A stretch of 64,000 nucleotides of DNA, from positions 9,672,001 through 9,736,000 of the forward strand of contig OX597819.1 of assembly GCA_951406725.2 (NCBI GenBank). The letters run 5' to 3'. The notes below the pieces were generated by a model. The model did no database searches. It was given only the letters and a program-made list of their open reading frames with translations, and was not told where the DNA came from. Positions 39,919 through 54,833 of this stretch are shown here, one piece after another; the first letter of the stretch is position 1, and every line of letters begins with the position of its first letter. The stretch is from Octopus vulgaris. Taxonomy: Eukaryota. A program made the position numbers and the translations under genes.

Positions 39919-40451
39919 GGTATATTAACACTAGCAATCAAAATGAGGTCTACGCGACCATATTATGTAACTTATCGTTAGCCGTTGTATATAAAGGAAG
40001 CTCACTAAAGATTTGTACATTATTTTCTACCCATTATCTGAAGGAACAACCTACATCAAAAGATGACTTCGAATATTTCAGAGTGGTGAAATGAAAAGGA
40101 AAGCCTACGTTTTTCCGATCGAGGTTGATTATTATAACAATGATAGTGTGAACGTGTCTGTATGTGTAAGTACGAATATGTGTACGGGTGTATCTATGAA
40201 AGATTGATAAATTGTTAAACATGCTAATGGAAATTTAGTTGAAATGTGTAGATATTAAGAGAGTTACTTGAGCACGATAATTTAGGTCTATATTTTATTT
40301 GAGACGATTCTCCTTCATATCCTTAAATTACTGTTTCACATTATCCTTCTGAGATGAGAGAAAAAGGGAGAAAGCAGAAGAGAGAGAAATAATTCATGTG
40401 GAATCTAAATAAACAAAATTAACGTTGTCTTCAAATGGAAACAATAAATGA

Positions 40452-40503
<52 letters not shown>

Positions 40504-40933
40504 ATGGTGTGTTTTTACGTGCGAGTATGTTTGTATGTGTGTATCTCAGGCTCGGTTTTATCTGCCACAGGTACCATGTAGTCCCATACTACCTGCTTCA
40601 TGGTTGAGTGATCGGTGACTAAACCGGTCAGCCCCAAATAGTTCGCTGATAAGGAGAGTGTGGAGGCAGCCAACAAAACGTAAAACTTAAATCTATTTGG
40701 GTGGAGAAGAGTTTCTCATAGAAAAGTCAATGGTTAGATAGAACTTCAGATGAAAGAGTCACTGCCAATCAATTTACTGAAGCACACGTCACATAGTATT
40801 GTGCACCTGCAGCCTCTTTAAATTGCGAATTCTGGATGGATGGATGGATGGATGGATGGATGGATGGATGGATGGATGGATGGATGGATGGATGGATGGA
40901 TAGACGGATGGACGCATGTGTGTTTGTGCTTGT

Positions 40934-41155
40934 GCTGGCAGAATCGTTAGCGCGCCGGGCGAAATGCGTAGCCGTATTTCGTCTGCCGTTACATTCTGAG
41001 TTCAAATTCCGCCGAGGTCGACTTTGCCTTTCATCCTTTCGGTGTCGATAAATTAAGTACCAGTTACGCACTGGGATCGATGTAATCGACTTAATCCGTT
41101 TGTCTGTCCTTGTTTGTCCACTCTGTGGGTAGCCCCTTGTGGGTAGTAAAGAAAT
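40934..41155 (+). mobile_element. SINE family C
   Basis: Family match. Confidence 0.85.
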
Positions 41156-41287
41156 ATATATATACGTGTATGTAAACATTTCATGTGTATTCGTAGCTGT
41201 GTAAGCTTTTTCGTTTGACAAATCATTATTTTTAATTTATGTATATCTCAAAACTAACGTTTATTTTCTTGTTTCAATTTTTTCCAG

Positions 41288-41902
41288 CCGTCCAAGACAT
41301 ATATGGAGTTACACCAAACGCAAGGATTTACAGACGTGCGATGGCTGGTGTGTTTGTGAGAAAGGTAGTAGGGTATAACAATGATACCAAAGAGAAAGCT
41401 GTGTCTTACCAGCTGTTTACTCAGGGGGAACTGATATATTTCATGATTAATAAACACTCTGGTGAAATCAGCACAATGACAGCTATAGACAAACCTGTTG
41501 GTCATCAGTTCGCATTAAACATACGAGCTGCTTTCAAGGGAAACACTTTTCGGGATCGTCAACTTTTAGTTGATGTTGTTGAAAACAACAAAGAAGCACC
41601 ACAATTTTCAAAATCTTTATATTATTTCTTAGTCTTTCAGTTTGAAAAACCTGGCAAGACTATCGGCTATTTAAACGCCACCGATGAATCCAAAGAAGAC
41701 TATAACAGACAGATTACTTACGAGATACAAGAGCAAAAATATCCGATTCTATCTTTAGATAAACACAGCGGTCGCCTTCGACTCAATGATACGTTACGAC
41801 TTGATCTCAAGGATATCAACATCACGGTGAAAGTATCAGATAACGGCTTACCGTCAAAGACGGCATATGCATTGGTTAAAATCAAAATTGTCGGTCTACC
41901 AG
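41288..41902 (+). CDS. Coding exon 2: two cadherin-like repeats
   Basis: Acceptor ttttttccag, donor AG|gtgagc, 615 nt, phase 1-1; motifs FMINKHSGEIST, VENNKEAPQF, IGYLNATD, SLDKHSGRLRL, VKVSDNGLPS. Confidence 0.9.
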
Positions 41903-42280
41903 GTGAGCAAACGAAACTATTCACAAAACTGTTTTCGGGAAAGTAGTGGCCACGACTCAGTTATAGCTCATTGGCTGTGCTATAACCGTCGCACTCATAT
42001 TACATACATGCACACGCACAAACATACACACACGCACACACATACACATACATACACATACACACAGATGACCTCGGGTTGGTCAGTTGAGCCATACTTT
42101 CAAATGAAACCTTTCTAATTTTAGCCCTTATCCTGAAAGATTAAGGCCCAGTTGCGGGATAGAATGAACAATTGATTTACAGATATTAATAGGAAAACGT
42201 CCCCGTCCTCTGAACCCCGTTTCTTCCTATCCTCAGTGTGTGTGTGAAATTTGTCTACATCATCAACAAAAACAAGAGAT

Positions 42281-42689
42281 TCTCTTTTACTCTTTTACTT
42301 GTTTCAGTCATTTGACTGCGGCCATGCTGGAGCACCGCCTTTAATCGAGCAACTCGACCCCGGGACTTATTCTTTTGTAAGCCCAGTACTTATTCTATCG
42401 GTCTCTTTTGCCGAACCGCTAAGTAACGGGGACATAAACACACCAGCATCGGTTGTCAAGCAATGCTAGGGGGACAAACACACTCACACAAACACACACA
42501 CGCATATATATATATATACATATATACGACGGGCTTCTTTCAGTTTCCGTCTACCAAATCCACTCACAAGGCTTTGGTCGGGCCGAGGCTATAGTAGAAG
42601 ACACTTGCCCAAGGTGCCACGCAGTGGGACTGAACCCGGAACCATATGGCTGGTCAACAAGCTACTTACCACACAGCCACTCCTGCGCC
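42281..42689 (-). mobile_element. SINE family B (intronic)
   Basis: Full-length family match. Confidence 0.85.
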
Positions 42690-43127
42690 TATTGGTCACA
42701 ATAGATGGTCACAAATAGAATGCTTTCGACTTTAATCATGGGGGCTTCTATTTTGTTTTTCGATTGTGGCTAACTTGGGGTCAAACAACAATATAAACTT
42801 CACTGCAAGCCACAACAGTACTAAGATCAGCAGCACACCACCGCCACCATTATAGCACCGTATCACCACCACCATCGCTACCAACACCACCACTCCTAAC
42901 CATACTTCTGGTACTACTAATATAATTATTAACGTTGATAAAAGTGAAGAGTGGCTTCATTTAACCACTTATCTATTAACTGAAGTGTCACTTCTCAATG
43001 TTCTCTTTATTCATCAGACATTCTACATTCTACAACTAGGAAAAAGTTGGGATGGGGTGGCATTGGGGGGTGCAGCTGTTCCGTACAAGTTCTATGGGAT
43101 ATTTCTTCGAACTCTTTCTCTCTTTAT

Positions 43128-43560
<433 letters not shown>

Positions 43561-43666
43561 CATTTTCTCTTTCTCTTCTCCTCTCTCTCTCTCTCTCGCT
43601 ATCTATCCAGCTAGCTAGATACGTACACGTATGTGTGCGTACAAAATATATACCTACACAAGATAT

Positions 43667-44472
<806 letters not shown>

Positions 44473-44857
44473 GCATACTGACGCTGTTGGTTACAACGAC
44501 GAGCGTTCCAGTCGATCCGATCAATGGAAGGCCCTGCTCGTGAAATTAACGTGCGAGTGGCTAAGCACTCCACAGGCACGTGTACCTCAAACGTAGTCCT
44601 CACAGTGATTCAGCCTGATACAGAATGTTACATCACTGGCATTTCAATTACAGATACAACTCATTTTTGCCATCTGAGTGGATAGGAACAGCGTGAAAAA
44701 TAGTGTCATACCCAAAGACACAGCGCGCCGCCTGAAATCGAACTCACAACCTTACGGCCATGAGCCGAATACTCTAACCATTAAGTGATGTATATATATA
44801 TATCGTATGTAAATATATTACATACGTATAATGTGTGTGTGTGTGTGTGTTTGTGTG

Positions 44858-45172
44858 TGAAGGCGTATGGCTTACAATCATGAGGTAGACAGTTCGATTC
44901 CCGGACCGGGCTGCATGTTGTGTTCTTGAGCAAGACACTTTATTTCACGCTGCTCCAGTTCACTCTGCTGTAGAAATAAGTTGCGACGTGACTGGTGCCA
45001 AGCTGTATCGGCTTTACCCTTAGACAACATCAGTGACGTGGAGAGGGGAGGGTGGTACACATGGGTGAGTGGTGGTCTTCCACGAACAACCTTGCCCGGA
45101 CTTGCACCTCGAAGGGGAACTCTCCAGGTGGCAATCCCATGGTCATTCATGACCGGAAGGGGTCTTTACCCT
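44858..45172 (+). mobile_element. SINE with the 48011-type head and another tail
   Basis: B box gttcgattccc and gttcttgagcaagacactttatttcacg, then an unrelated tail. Confidence 0.7.
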
Positions 45173-45788
45173 ATATACTCGTATATATATAAATATATAC
45201 ACATGTATATATGTATGTGTGTGTGTGTATAATTTATATATGTATATATATATATATATATGCGTAATAGTATGTCTTAGTCTACTATATTAATCAGTGA
45301 GTCATATCCCGACGTTTGTTAAGTATTCGTCTCTTTCGAGAAATAGCGCCAATTAGCAAGAAGCAATTTTATTAAGTAGTTTACAAGCATTGTCTTTGCA
45401 TCGTGAGTCACCTCCTTTCACCATTTGACGAGCCTAGCTATGTCCTTCCAAAGGACCATCACTAAAGATGAAGCAACAGAAAAAAAGACAAATAATAAAA
45501 GTAAACTTAAACTAAAACCACAATACGGTTTACAAACAACTATTGCTGTTTCTTTTGGCCCCAAGGCAAGCCCCAGTGAGAAGAACTGTGACCTAAGGAG
45601 CTCCAGCCATACAGATTCCATAGTCCAGTATAATGTTGTGTTTGAGACGGTATAGCTGGCGGTGAGCTGGCAGAAACGCTAGCACGCTGGACATATGTAT
45701 GTATGTATCTATGTATATATATGCGCGTTAAGTTAAGAAACGGTGACGATTGAAAATTCTGTAAATATAAGCTTCAGCTTCAGTATAA

Positions 45789-46022
45789 GTTCCACACCTG
45801 GATGGGATGCCGATCCGTCGCAGGTGAGCTACTAGATGCAGGAGGAAGGAGTGAGAGAAAGTTGTGGCGAAAGAGTCAGCGGAAGTTCGCCATTTCCTTC
45901 TGCCCGAGCCGCGTGGAGCGTAGGTGTTTCGCTCATAAACACACGTAAGGCCCGGTCTGAGATTCGAACCCGCGATCTCTCGACTACGAGTCCGCTGCTC
46001 TAGCCACTAGACCATGTGCCTC

Positions 46023-46025
<3 letters not shown>
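45789..46025 (-). mobile_element. SINE with diverged family A head and a third tail
   Basis: tRNA-like head with similar body; different 3' part (plus strand cctggatgggatgcc...cgcagg). Confidence 0.7.
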
Positions 46026-46075
<50 letters not shown>

Positions 46076-46107
46076 CTACTTATGACATTCATACGCAATT
46101 TATAATA

Positions 46108-46151
<44 letters not shown>

Positions 46152-46385
46152 TAATAATAATATTAGGGAATAAATCCAAACTTACAGGGAAAAATTAGAT
46201 TTAGGATTAAATCCAATTTTATAGCATAAATATATTATATTTTAAATTAGAGATAAAACCACTATTAGGCAAATCAAACAGTGAAAAACATAAGCCAATA
46301 TATAAAATTAATTTAAAAATATAAAAGTTGATATATATATATATATAATTAATTAATAAGGGTGAGAGAAGTGACCATTCTCTTA

Positions 46386-46429
<44 letters not shown>

Positions 46430-46908
46430 ATTATGTACGAATGTCATAGGTAGTTATAATTAGTAATAGCATGAAGGTGACGAGCTGGTAGAATTGGTAG
46501 TACGCCGGACAATTGCTTAGCAGTATTTCTTCCAACCTTACGTTCTTTGTTCAAATGGCATTTTGGTCGACTTTAACCGTCATCCTTTCGGCGTCGATAA
46601 AATAAGTATCAGTCGATCACTGGAGTCGATGTAACTGACTTCCCCCCCCCCCACCCTTAAGATTTCTGGCCTTGAGCCAAAAATTAGAAAGAATAATTAA
46701 TATTAACATCAAAGCAGTAGGTTGTTAGAATGTCGAGTAAAATGCCTTATTATATTCATTTACGATCCTTTAAGTTCCGAGTTCAGATCCCGCTCTGGTT
46801 GACATTTTCTTTCATCCTTCCATGATATATAAAATGAAGTACCGAGGGCAATAAAATCGGTAAAACACTCTCCTATATATATGTTTGTATGGTTATATTT
46901 GTAAATGC

Positions 46909-46975
<67 letters not shown>

Positions 46976-47218
46976 AGAAAAAAGCAACAAAAATGGATCA
47001 GTATTTCGGTACAATTGTTTCATACGAAGACCAGCTTTATTAAGGCTGCAAATATTGCAGCAAATACAAGTGACTCGTACTCATCAGCCAAAAACACATC
47101 TGAGTTCTCCAAAAATCTAAGGGGGTGAGGCTACACTCATGAAACATCAGGGATAGTTCTATAAAAATCAGATTTAGATAATAAATGGACTTCCAAAGTT
47201 CTCTAATGTTGCACAGTC

Positions 47219-47263
<45 letters not shown>

Positions 47264-47489
47264 CATATATATATATTTGTGTGTATGTGTGTGGAAAAAT
47301 ATGAACTTGAATACAAGTCACTGTGTGTGTGTGTGTGTCTGTGTGTAAGTATGGTGGGGAGTCCACTTATAATCTTCTGTGTCGTAAAAATACTACTATT
47401 AAAACAAACATTAAGCGGTAATAACCGACATAGAAATATTATCTTGTGCATACATATTTCAACAACACTTCTTTTAACGTCTGTTGCAG

Positions 47490-47744
47490 AATTAGAAACC
47501 TTTTGTACAATTACGAAAGGGAAAACATCGCAGATATGCTGGCAGAACCCGGTACACAAGCTTAATTACACGTACAACATTGAAATTCGAAACGAAAAAT
47601 ACCACCATCGTAACACCGTTTCCGGTGGCACCGAACACTGCTACAATACGCCGTTGCGTGACAGTGCCAATGATTCCTATTTCTACAGAGTGCAATCTAA
47701 ATTCTTCAGTGAAATTAGTCCATACAGTCAATGGCGACGAGCAG
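47490..47744 (+). CDS. Coding exon 3: fibronectin type III-like domain
   Basis: Acceptor ctgttgcag, donor AG|gtaagt, 255 nt, phase 1-1; pattern ICWQNP...YTYNIEI...YFYRVQS...SPYS resembles FN3. Confidence 0.8.
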
Positions 47745-48010
47745 GTAAGTTGCTTTTACTTCGAACATTACACACCATTTATCAGATCTCCATTTTCTGT
47801 ATAGCTCCAGTGAATGGAAGACAAATATACGTTGTAAGAAGCTGATCTGTTTACTTAAGAAGGGAATTTGCACAATGCATTGCAAGTCAATGAAAAACTC
47901 GACAATTTCACAATACCTCTGCTTCTTACAGCGATGAAATTTATTATTTTCTTGTGCCTACTTAGAACGAACTGAGGTGAGTTGATGCGAGAGAAATATT
48001 TTGATCACCA

Positions 48011-48337
48011 AAGGAGCACTCCGTCGGTTACGACGACGAGGGTCCCAGCTGATACGATCAACGGAACAGCTTGCTCGTGATATTAACGTGCAAGTGACTG
48101 AGCAATCCATAGACACGAGTACCCTTAACGTAGTTCTCAGGGAGATTCAGCGTGACACAGAGTGTGACAAGGCCGGCCCTTTGAAATACAGGTACAACTC
48201 AATTTTGCCAGCTGAGTGGACTGGAGCAACGTGAAATAAAGTGTCTTGCTCAAGGACACAACGCATCACCGGGAATCGAACTCACGACCTTACAATCGTC
48301 AGCCGAATGCCCTAACCACTAAGCCATGCGCCTTCAC
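48011..48337 (-). mobile_element. SINE with family A tail and a different head
   Basis: Tail shared with family A; head contains gtgtccttgagcaagacactt; TSD attttgatcacca; older copy at about 44485-44790. Confidence 0.85.
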
Positions 48338-49410
48338 ATTTTGATCACCAACACAATGCAGGAGAAGAGACGAACTGCTAATCTTTCAGCTGGTTGTCCT
48401 TTTTACTAATTTGGACATCTACAAACCGAGAAAGAAACCTCGACGTGATCACTCCACTTACTAGAAATAACAGTTAAGTGTGTGTCAAATCACAACATAT
48501 TGTCTTAAAAGGTGACATTGGATAATGAAGGCAAGGATACAATATCTATGGAAAAAGAGGGAAAGGTCACGTCTAGAACGCCTTTCGATTTGAGTTGACC
48601 AACAGCAACAAGAGGCATTCAAAATCTTATTTTGTTTACTGTTTGCTTCTTTGGATCATAATTGATTTACTGTGACTTCCATAATGAAATCTTGTCATTG
48701 CTCGACTTCTCGCACATAGTGGAGTTAAAGAGTAGCAAAACGATAGTCTCTGGTGTTCCGTTCACAATCAAAATGGAAAACTAGCTGGACTTCATTTTAC
48801 CCACAGTAAGATTGTTCTTTCCATGCAGCAAACCTGACAAAATACTCAACTACACAATGATAAACCGAATGAATAATATTAACTTTTGTTGTTGTAGGCT
48901 GTTTAGTTCTCTTAAAATAGCCCGGTACTTTAAAGAATTTTAGTGATGGCAATCCAGTATTTTCAAATAGTTTTCTGAGACTGCATTATCTAATATGAAC
49001 TCTTTCACAGGTGTGATGTGAGAAGGAATTGTCTCTTATATCAAAACAGGTTGAGCAACAACTTACTAACAACCTATTTTACAGTTACGTAGACAAGGAC
49101 ATTAAAGATTAAATGTGTTTGTCAGAGAAATTTCATAAGATCTGCAGTGAAAAAAAAAACCCCATCACGAGCCAGAAATCATGCAGCTCAGTGGTTACCT
49201 TGAAGCTCTCATTAACTCCCCGTAAATGACTATTAAATAAATTATCGTAAATTAAATATTCGTTCGTCAAACAGTGCAAAAGAAACATTCTATTCTGTAT
49301 ATTATCTTTATCCATATTTAATAACCAGGGAGGCTTTCTTTTTTTAATAGTAAAATATCAATATATTATATTAATACATTATATATAACATACTATATTA
49401 ATATAATATA

Positions 49411-49805
49411 CTAGCAGTATCACCCGGCGTTGCTCGGGTTTGTAAGGGAAATAACAATATAAGCATTTTTAGAGATGTAAAGTATAATAGCCATCTCAAT
49501 ATGGCTAACCACAAAGGGGGGTGTTACTGTAGCTTTTTACGTTCTGAGATTTAATAATAAATTTTTAGAGAGTTACTTCCCTTATATATGCCAAAAATGC
49601 ATTAAAAATGGGAAAAATTTATGGTAATTTCTTTTTTAAATCGTAGACTCATCGTAGACGCGCGCTAATACCCAGAAGGGCTCGATATGAATCACGACTA
49701 TAAGATACCCGGTTTTGGTTAAACTGCACCGCAAAATGTGGGAGTAGTTAGGAATCTAAATCGTAGGAGACAGACAGCACACAACCTCTCTTTTATATAT
49801 AAAGA
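49411..49805 (-). mobile_element. Non-autonomous Helitron just upstream of the EGF exon
   Basis: Reverse complement of the family; ends about 84 nt before the exon start. Confidence 0.85.
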
Positions 49806-49888
49806 CTATATTAATACATTATATTTAAAACACTTTTATTATAATATCCATGATGCTTATATTGTTCTCTTTTCATCTTTCCTTTTAG

Positions 49889-51382
49889 TTCATATGCGCC
49901 CGGACTGTGACAAATTCGACCAATGTTTAATTCGCTCTCCATGTGCCCATGGGGGAACGTGTGTTTCGAAAGCTAATAATTTCACCTGTCACTGCACTCG
50001 AGGCTGGCGAGGCGAAACATGTGAGAATGAAGATACATGTGCTCACAAAGTCTGCTTGAACAACGGCACTTGTAAGATGACGTCCCACAACGAATTCAAG
50101 TGTAAATGTCCGGATGGATATGTTGGTGAGTTTTGCGAGTTCTCAAATCCATGCACATCTATTCCGTGCCAAAATGGCGCCGCGTGTAGAATACGTTCTA
50201 ATGCCACTTTTCAGTGCGATTGCTCTCCAGGATACTCCGGTGAAGTGTGTGACTCATTGGACCCATGTGGTTTGAAACCTTGCAAAAATGGAAAGTGTAT
50301 AGCAGTTACCGAAAAGGATTTTAAATGTCAATGTAAATCTGGTTACACTGGACCACTGTGTGATGTGTTTAATTTTTGTAGCTTACATAACCCTTGTCAT
50401 AATAATGGAACTTGTATTCCTACACAGAAAAACTCCTATAAATGCAAATGTCCAACGAAATATAGGGGTAGGAATTGTTCTTACCTCGATCCCTGTATTG
50501 CTATTAATTGTCAAAATGGAGGAACATGTCATATCAGCAATATTACAGGAAAGCATTGTTTGTGTAAACCTGGTTTTATTGGAGGAGAATGTCAAAGGAG
50601 GGATTTATGTTATCTCTTGAAACCCTGCAAAAACGGTGGAACCTGTATCATGAACGATAACGACACGTACAAGTGCCTGTGCGTGAATGGTTCTATAGGG
50701 GGCCAATGCCAGTTATGGGACCCGTGCATTTCGGCAACATGCCCGTCCAATAAATCGACAGGGTGTGTCAGGTTATCGGACATTGCATACCGATGTAAAT
50801 GTAAAGCCGGTTACACGGGGGACCTCTGTGATTTGGACGCATCTGGTTGCCAATTTTCCCCTTGCAAGAATAATGGCTCGTGTCATTTGGCATTTGACAC
50901 ACCTGCAGGTTACAAGTGCCGATGCGCAGGGGTGTATTCAGGAATCCACTGTGATGAGTGGGATCCATGTATGATAAATAGTTGTTATAATGGAGGTACC
51001 TGTTTAAAATTGAATGGTGGAAGCTATACCTGTTCATGTCCAAAGGGTTATGTAGGGAAAATGTGTGAAATAGAACTAGCCTGTCATAAAGATATTTGCT
51101 TGAACGGTGGTCAGTGTTTGGTAATTTACAAGCAACACGTATGTGTTTGTTTGGAAAACTTTACTGGTCTTTATTGTCAGGAAGAAATAACATGCCAAAA
51201 TGCAACATGTTATAATGGCGGGTTTTGTAAAAACAACGGCGTTTGTCAGTGTTTGCCAGATTTTACAGGTGAACATTGCGAAACTGTAAATCCTTGTCAT
51301 TCAAACCCGTGTCTTAACGGTGGAACTTGTCGAGGAACTACCGATGGTGGATTTAACTGTACATGCATGCTTTCCTTTGAAG
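49889..51382 (+). CDS. Coding exon 4: about 13 tandem Notch-type EGF repeats
   Basis: Acceptor ctttccttttag, donor AG|gtaaga, 1494 nt, phase 1-1; repeated C-x(4-5)-CxNGGTC...CxCxxGY/FxGxxC; the last repeat lacks its sixth Cys, implying a further exon. Confidence 0.95.
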
Positions 51383-52773
51383 GTAAGAAATTTGTTAGTA
51401 CGCTTTCCCCTTACACGCTGCTGCTTTAATCATCTCCTATCCTATTGGCTGTCAGGGGAAATTATATAACGCTTTGAGGTTCTGATTTCTTTTTTCTTCA
51501 TTTACTGGATTTCACAATAACATCGAAATGCTTTTTTTGCAAAACTAAACAGTTTTCTTCTCAATTTCTCACAAATTTACTTTTTGCGGTGCAATAATAA
51601 TTGAAATTTAATACAAATTCTAGTTATCACAAGTCATTCTACAATTTGACCCATTGCTTCGTAATCTCCTATGGTTTAGCACCTGGTATTTAGTGGTGGT
51701 ATGGAAATTTCTTTTGGAAATGTCTTTTGCTGTCAGTATTTTCCCCGTAGAAAATAGATAGCACACTATTGAGCTTATGAATTCAGCAATCATACATAAG
51801 AATATATATTTCTAGCTTTGCACTAAAATAATTTTGAATGTCATAACCCGTAGAAAGAACATTTATTCCCGATAATGAACGACCATGATTTCAGCTCACT
51901 CAGGAACTATTCAGTATCGATACAATTAAAACGATGCAGTTTCCAAAAGTTAAACCAATTATATATTAATGAAAGCTCAGAATAAATCATTTGACTGAGT
52001 AGATTTGAAAAGAGAGCACGAATGAAATTAAATTAGACGTCTTTTGTACTTCTGTTCTGTACTGCTCATCAGGCCGTCCGGGAATGCTTTCAGTAATGTT
52101 TCAGAAGTTTTCTAGCCCCTATACATAGTTAGGTGATATTTTATCCATCTGTTTGTAGATTTAGGTAAACTATTTGTGTCATCGTCTTTACATTAGTTTC
52201 CGCTTCTTTGATGTAAATAGTGCAAAAGTTAACGTTTATCTTTCTGTTTAACTACTTTTAAACCTGAAATTAATCAAACATTTATTGGTGGAGTTTAACT
52301 CCAGAATGGGCGAGTTGGGTGACTACACTAGGGAGTGTTGAGAGTGTAGAATCTAACGATTCAATCCTTGACCTTGATCTGTGAAAAATTAGGAGTAGCC
52401 CAAATACTGTAGACTAGTATTAGTTACATCCTCATTCCTCGTTATAATCCTGACTCAAAGTCACGGCATGTTTAGTCAGAACCGAAATGGGTGGTCTGTT
52501 CTAATTCCTTGAACTAAATTCAAATATTATTAACGATTATCAGGGGTATAGGATTAAATAACACTAACAGACTCGCTTCCACTGTAACTTGGTGACACAA
52601 CGTTTTGATACAGGGTCGAATAGGAGAGCAACAGAGAGTGTATGGAAGCCGTGGATGCGAGCTCAAGCGAAGCCGATTATGGCTGAAATCTCCCTGGTAT
52701 TAACAAATATTCAAATGAGACGATGGAGACTTGCTGTGGATAGTAGACACAGATCGTGATATATATATATATA

Positions 52774-53187
52774 GGCGCAGGAGTGGCTGTGTGGTAAGTA
52801 GCTTGTTTACCAACCACATGGTTCCGGGTTCAGTCCCACTGCGTGGCACCTTGGGCAAGTGTCTTCTACTATAGCCTCGGGCCGACCAAAGCCTTGTGAG
52901 TGGATTTGGTAGACGGAAACTGAAAGTAGCCTGTCGTATATATGTATGTATATATATGTGTGTGTGTGTGTGTTTGTGTGTCTGTGTTTGTCCCCCTAGC
53001 ATTGCTTGATAACAGATGCTGGTGTGTTTACGTCCCCGTCACTTAGCGGTTCGGCAAAAGAGACCGATAGAATAAGTACTGGGCTTACAAAGAATAAGTC
53101 CCGGGGTCGATTTGCTCGACTAAAAAAAGGCGGTGCTCCAGCATGGCCGCAGTCAAATGACTGAAACAAGTAAAAGAGTAAAAGAGT
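52774..53187 (+). mobile_element. SINE family B
   Basis: Full-length family match. Confidence 0.85.
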
Positions 53188-53345
53188 ATATATGACAATT
53201 AATAAGAGGAATGACCACTAAAGTGGATTCCTATACGCTAGAGATAGACGTCAAATCGCCTTACCACAAAGTGTGTGTTCTCAAAATGAATAAAAACAGC
53301 AAACGCCAAAATGTGAAAAATAAGCAAGGCAAATAAAAATTTACA

Positions 53346-53409
53346 GACTAAAACGATTTCATCATTAATACTAGCAAAATGCAAGTATGTGTAAATCCTC
53401 AGCGTAGCC
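53346..53409 (-). ncRNA. Degenerate hammerhead-like motif
   Basis: Minus strand: ggctacg-CTGAGGA...atact...agtat...GAAA-TCGT-TT-tagtc; core present, stems poorly paired. Confidence 0.3.
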
Positions 53410-53476
53410 TATCGTATCTCAAAACATATTTCACAGAACTATACACAGAAACGTTTTCCCGAAAGAAAACTCATGT

Positions 53477-53867
53477 GGAATGGAAGCACTTCGTCGGTTA
53501 CGACGACGAGGGTTCCGGTTGATCCGATCAACGGAACAGCCTGCTCGTGAAATTAACGTGTAAGTGGCTGAGCACTCCACAGACACGTGCACTCTTAACG
53601 TAGTTCTCGGGGATATTCAGCGTGACACAGAGAGTGACAAGGCCGGCCCCTTGAAATACAGGTACAACAGAAACAGGAAGTAAGAGTGAGAGAAAGTTGT
53701 GGTGAAAGAATACTGCAGGGATCACCACCATCCCTCCCGGAGCCTTGTGGAGCTTTTTAGGTGTTTTCGCTCAATAAACACTCACAACGCCCGGTCTGGG
53801 AATCGAAACCACGATCCTATGACCGCGAGTCCGCTACCCTAACCATTGGGCCATTGCGCCTCCACAG
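53477..53867 (-). mobile_element. SINE family A inserted in fold-back element 1
   Basis: Full length; TSD gaaaactcatgt. Confidence 0.9.
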
Positions 53868-54275
53868 GAAAACTCATGTACAGTTCTACAAATTATATTT
53901 GTGGTATTTTCCAAATGTCTTCATTTTGGCACGCTTGTGCCGGAAAACAACCCTGCAGATAATAAATTAGCGCAGTTACTTTACTGGTTTCAGAACATTG
54001 CTATTCTAAATTAAAACAATGAGAGTAGAGAACGCACTCTCTGTGGCAAAGCGATTTGACGTCTATTTCTAAGAGTATAGGAATCCCCGTTAGTGGTCAT
54101 TCCTCTTATGAATTGTAATATAATTTTTAAGTCTTCGGATTATTTTTGAATATGCTAGACCACTAGTTTAAATTGATGTTAATTGATTGATATCAATTTC
54201 TACCCTCATTATTTTAATATATATATGCACATATATATATATATATATACATATATATGTAAATATATATGTATA

Positions 54276-54344
<69 letters not shown>

Positions 54345-54464
54345 AAATTAGAGATAAAACCACTATTAGGCAAATCAAACAATGAAAAACATAAGCCAAT
54401 ACATAAAATTAATTTAATTTATATTATTTTAAATATATATCAAAAGTATTAAAAGTTTAATAAA

Positions 54465-54545
<81 letters not shown>

Positions 54546-54833
54546 CATACATACATACATACATACATACATACATACATACATACATGTATATATACAT
54601 ATATAATATATATGTATATATATATATATATCTATTTACATATGTATTTATATATATGTATATATGCACATGTATATGCATATATATACTGTTGTGTCTG
54701 GGGAGAGTCATTTTCTTTTTGTGCCTTATAATGTAACACACTCACCGGTAAAAATTCCACTTTTTTCTTATTTTTATAGTCCTAAAATTTTCGTTGCGTC
54801 TTGCAACCTTTTCAATAGTTTTGAGTCAAAAAG

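Larger units (their letters stand above)
53191..54120. mobile_element. Fold-back element 1 (about 92 bp inverted arms), interrupted by a SINE
   Basis: Arms 53191-53282 and 54028-54120 are imperfect reverse complements. Confidence 0.75.

Noticed and set aside
49738-49888. N-terminal part of the 563-aa ORF
   Set aside because: Helitron end plus polypyrimidine tract; the exon begins after the AG at 49888
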